A stretch of DNA of 64,000 nt from Felis catus. Its lineage: Eukaryota. How positions within the stretch are numbered: the stretch's first letter is position 1; each line of letters starts with the position of its first letter. Below the pieces are notes generated by a model. The model did no database searches, had not been told where the DNA came from, and worked only from the letters and a program-made list of their open reading frames with translations. Location of the stretch: assembly GCF_018350175.1 (NCBI RefSeq), contig NC_058368.1:204106001-204170000 (forward strand), given 5' to 3'. Below, one piece after another: positions 60,119 through 64,000 of the stretch. Position numbers and translations under genes: made by a program.

Positions 60119-61773
60119 AAGTGGGGGAGGGGCAGAGAGAGAGGGAGACACAGAATCTGAAGCAGGCTCCAGGCTCTGAGCTGTCAGCACAGAGCCTGAC
60201 GTGGGACTCAAACCCATGAACTGTAAGATCATGACCTGAGCTGATGTCGGTGCTTAACAGACTGAGCCACCCAGGCTCGCCACATTCTGTGTTTTTAAGG
60301 GTGCTACAATGTAAAGAGGAGTAGTATTTTGTTTTTTGGTTTTTGTTATTAATTTAATGTTTATTTATTTCTGAGACAGAGAGAGATAGAGCATGAGTGG
60401 GAGAGGGGCAGGGAGAGGGAGACACAGAATCCGAAGCAGGCTCCAGGCTCTGAGCTGTCAGCACAGACCTCAACACGGGGCTCGAACTCACAAACCATGA
60501 GATCATGACCTGAGGCAAAGTCGGATGCTCAACCGACTGAGCCACCCAGGAGCCCCTGTTTTTTGTTTTTTTAAACATAGATAGATTTAACAGTTCTTGA
60601 GTTTAAAGTGAAAATCCAAATTATTTGGTGGAAATTCAAATGAAAGTTGTATTGTATTAATAATTAGAAGAATTTCCTCATATACTTGATATGTGCTTTT
60701 TTTTTTTTTTTTTAGTTTTTAAAATTTATTTTTTTTTTTGGTAATCTCTACACCCAACATGGGGCCTGAACCCACAACCCCAAGATCAAGAGTCACATGC
60801 TCTTCTGACTGAACCAGCCAAGTGCCCCATGTTTTGCCTTCTTAAATGAAAATTCAATGTAACTACATTTTTTCTTCAATTTTTAAAAAGAATTTTTTTA
60901 CATTTATTTGTTTTTGAGAGACAGAGAGAGACAGACCACTGGTCAGGGAGAGATAGAGAGAGAGGGAGACATAGAATCCAAAGCAGGCTCCAGGCTCTGA
61001 GTTGTCAGCACAGAGCCTGACACGGGGCTCAAACTCACAAACCGTGAGATCATGACCTGAGCCCAAGTCAGACACTTAACTGATTGAGCCACCCAGGCGC
61101 CCCTCCTTCAGTTTTAAAATACATATAAGTATATATTGTCCTCTCAAACTACTAGATTATAAAACTCCACAATAGCAGTTAACTTGTTTATATTTGATTT
61201 AAAAAATATTGCATTTTGATGAAAACTCTAGTTCAAATAAAGTTTTTTCAACACCTTTGTGAAACATGGTCTCTTTGTAGATCTTTTTTTATGCTAGATG
61301 TTACCTGTAAAAACCAGAATTTCTCACCTTTGCTGGCTGTCAATATACCACTCTCCTATGACCTCCTACTTCTGTAACCATTCATTCTCAGTTCTTTAGC
61401 CACTTAAATGTGCCAACATTTCAAATGTTCTCTTGGCTCTCTTTCCTTTTAACTTGAATACTTTCTTCCTGGCAGTCGAATGTCAACTGTGCTATGGCAA
61501 CTTTGAGCTTAATGTCCAGCCCAAATCTCTCTTCAGCTCCAAACTCATGCAGCCAACTGCTTCGGGTCATTTCCAAGGAGATATCCACAGGTATTTTTTT
61601 TTTTTTAATGTTTATTTATTTTTGAGAGAGAGAGCAAGGGAGGGGCAGAGAAAGAGAGGGACAGAGTATCTAAAGCAGGCTCTGTGCCCAATGCAGAGCT
61701 TGAACTCATGAACCGTGAGGTCATGACCTGAGACTAAGACAGACGCTCAATCGACCGAGCCACCCGGGCACCC
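60055..61773 (-). mobile_element. Cluster of five minus-strand Can-SINEs (60055, 60355, 60700, 60890, 61593)
   Basis: Reverse-complement consensus; (GA)n at 60079-60116. Confidence 0.85.
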
Positions 61774-62334
61774 CTAGCCACAGATATTTTAAAGTCAACG
61801 TAAGAAAATCCTCTCTTGCTCCTCTCCTTTTAGCTGCAACAAAATACTTACTGCTTCCTAAATGTACAAAGCTGTTGTACACCCCCCCTGCCCCCCCCCC
61901 AGCCATTTTGCATGCGTTTTCTTCACTCTGGAATGCTCTCCGGTTCTCCCTATTCTTTGCAGACTTGTGCTGAGGCTTCTCGCTTCCTCTGTGAAGCATT
62001 CCAGGGAGACTTGTTTGTCTTTTCTTTCTCTGAGCTAGCACAGTGCTTGGCATGGAACAGATGCTAAATAACTATTTTGCAGGTTGTTGTAAAGAGGAGA
62101 AAAAACTAGTGTAAAGAAGATAGCCCAGGGTCTGGCATACAAGATTTTCAGAAGTGTGCCCAATTTAATTTTGGCAAAAATGCAAGAGCAATTCAGTGGA
62201 GGAAAGATAGCCTTTTTAAGAAATGATGTTGAAGTAACTGGACATCCATAGGCAACAAACACTTAGCCTAAATCTAAGTCTCACAGTTTATACAGTAATT
62301 CGATCAGAATGGAATACAGACTTAAGTGTAAAAT

Positions 62335-62955
62335 TGTCCCCAGCTAGACCCCAAAACTGGGCCTTCACTGCTCACCTGCTTGTATCTACTAACTTTTTTC
62401 TTACATTTTCCTATAAGCTCTTCTTTCTGGCTTTCCTCTAGACTCAGGCAAATGAAACCAGAAACCACCCCCCCACCCCCCCCCACCCCAGCCCCCCCCC
62501 TCCCCCCACACCGTCCGGTGATAGCAACTGCCTGGGCAAAATCTCCCAGCTGGGCCAGACTACCAAGACCAGTTGAGCTAAACCTGATTTGTGCCTGTGC
62601 AGACGGACCATGGAGTGACCTCTAGAATGACCTACAATTATCTTTACTTCATAGTATTAAAGTCTCTACCTAAGGAGGAGCCTCACATGCAACATATGTA
62701 TCAGCGTGTTTCCTTAAGGCACATGCATGACCTTATGCCCTCCTCTGTGTAGGATGATGAAGCTTCCTTATCTAAATATTCATCCTAACCCTAAACAAAA
62801 AGAACCCATTCACCCTCCCTTGGGTATTCACAGCTTTGGAAACCATTCCCTGTGATCTCCTTATTTGCTACAGATGAAAGTTTCTTTGGGCAACAACTCA
62901 ACCTGGTGCAATTTCTGACTCACCAAGGAATGAACTCGTGTTTGTTCATTCAACC
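62335..62955 (+). mobile_element. Probable ERV solo LTR inserted in an L1 remnant (~62150-63830)
   Basis: Starts TG; U3/R-like content. L1 sequence (ggaatacagacttaagtgtaaa ... tgggagaaaatatttgcaaa) lies on both sides. Confidence 0.55.
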
Positions 62956-63622
62956 GAGGCATCTGACTCTTGGTTTCAGCTCAGAGCGTGATCTCACAGT
63001 TTGTGGGTTCCAGCCCCAGATCAGGCTCTGCGCTGGTGGCACTGGGGGTGCGGAGCCTGCTTGGGATTCTCTCTGCCCCTCACCCATATGCGCACATGCT
63101 CGCTCTCTCTCTCTCTCTCTCTCAAAAATACATGAACATTTAAAAAAAAATAAAAATCTTTGGTACTGTGAAAGACCTGATTAACAGAATAAAAAGAAGA
63201 GCTACATAATGGGAGAAAATATTTGCAAAACTCCTATCTACAAAGGGCATATATTTAGGATATATAAGGAACTCTCAAAATTCAACAGTTTTTAAAAATC
63301 CAAATAGAAAATGGGTAGGGGTGCCTGGTTGGCTCAGTTGGAGGAGCATGCGACTCTTGATTTTGGGGTCGTGAGTTCTATCCCCATGTTGGGGACGGAG
63401 ATTACTTAAATAAACTTTAAAAGAGAGAAAGAGAGAGAGGCACCTGGATGACTCAGTCGGTTGGGCATCTGACTCTTGACTTCAGCTCATGTCGTGATCC
63501 CAGGGTCATGGGATTGAGCCCTGCGTTGGGCTCCACGCTCAGTGTGGAGCCTGCCTGAGATTCTCGGTCTCTCCCTCTGCCCCTCTACCCAACTCATATT
63601 GCTTTCTCTCTGTCTCTCAAAA

Positions 63623-63667
<45 letters not shown>

Positions 63668-64000
63668 ATAGAAAAATAAAATAATAAAAATAAATAATAA
63701 AATATAATAATAAAAAATAAAATAATAAAAAATAAATAGAAAATGGTCAAAAAGCATATTTCATTGAAGAGGGATATAAGCACATAAAAAGATTTTCAGT
63801 ATCATTAGTCATTAAGAAAATGAAAATTAAGGGTACCTGGGTGGCTCAGTTGGTTGAGTGTGCGACTTTAGCTCAGGTCATGATCTCATGGTTTGAGAGT
63901 TTGAGCCCTGCATGGGGCTCTATGCTGACAGCTTGGAGCCTGGAACCTATTTCAGATTCTGTGTCTCCCTCTCTCTGCCTCTCTCTCTCTCTCTCTCCCC
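62956..64000 (+). mobile_element. Can-SINEs (62956, 63318, 63439 with expanded (TAAA)n tail, 63831 running off the window)
   Basis: Consensus motifs. Confidence 0.82.

Overview
Mammalian genomic DNA, almost certainly felid: it is dense in carnivore tRNA-derived Can-SINEs, including the young cat-type SINEC_Fc form. The window holds the 5' half of NNT (mitochondrial NAD(P) transhydrogenase) on the minus strand. This comprises a CpG-island promoter (~53.6-54.9 kb), two candidate non-coding first exons, and coding exons 2-12. The coding exons total 1717 nt (572 codons + 1 nt) with all GT-AG junctions and no stop or frameshift found; the gene continues off the left edge. Intron 7 contains a processed UBE2N (Ubc13) retrocopy with its long 3' UTR, antisense to NNT. 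The rest is interspersed repeats (about 55-60 SINEs, L1, L2/MIR, MaLR/ERV LTRs, MER20/MER5) and microsatellites. I found no convincing new protein-coding system. The most unusual object is a tripartite composite SINE (half-SINE + 130 bp unique DNA + full SINE) inside a single target-site duplication at 41707-42197. Several repeat insertions lie very close to NNT splice signals. Repeat family names come from recognising consensus motifs by eye, and their boundaries are approximate.
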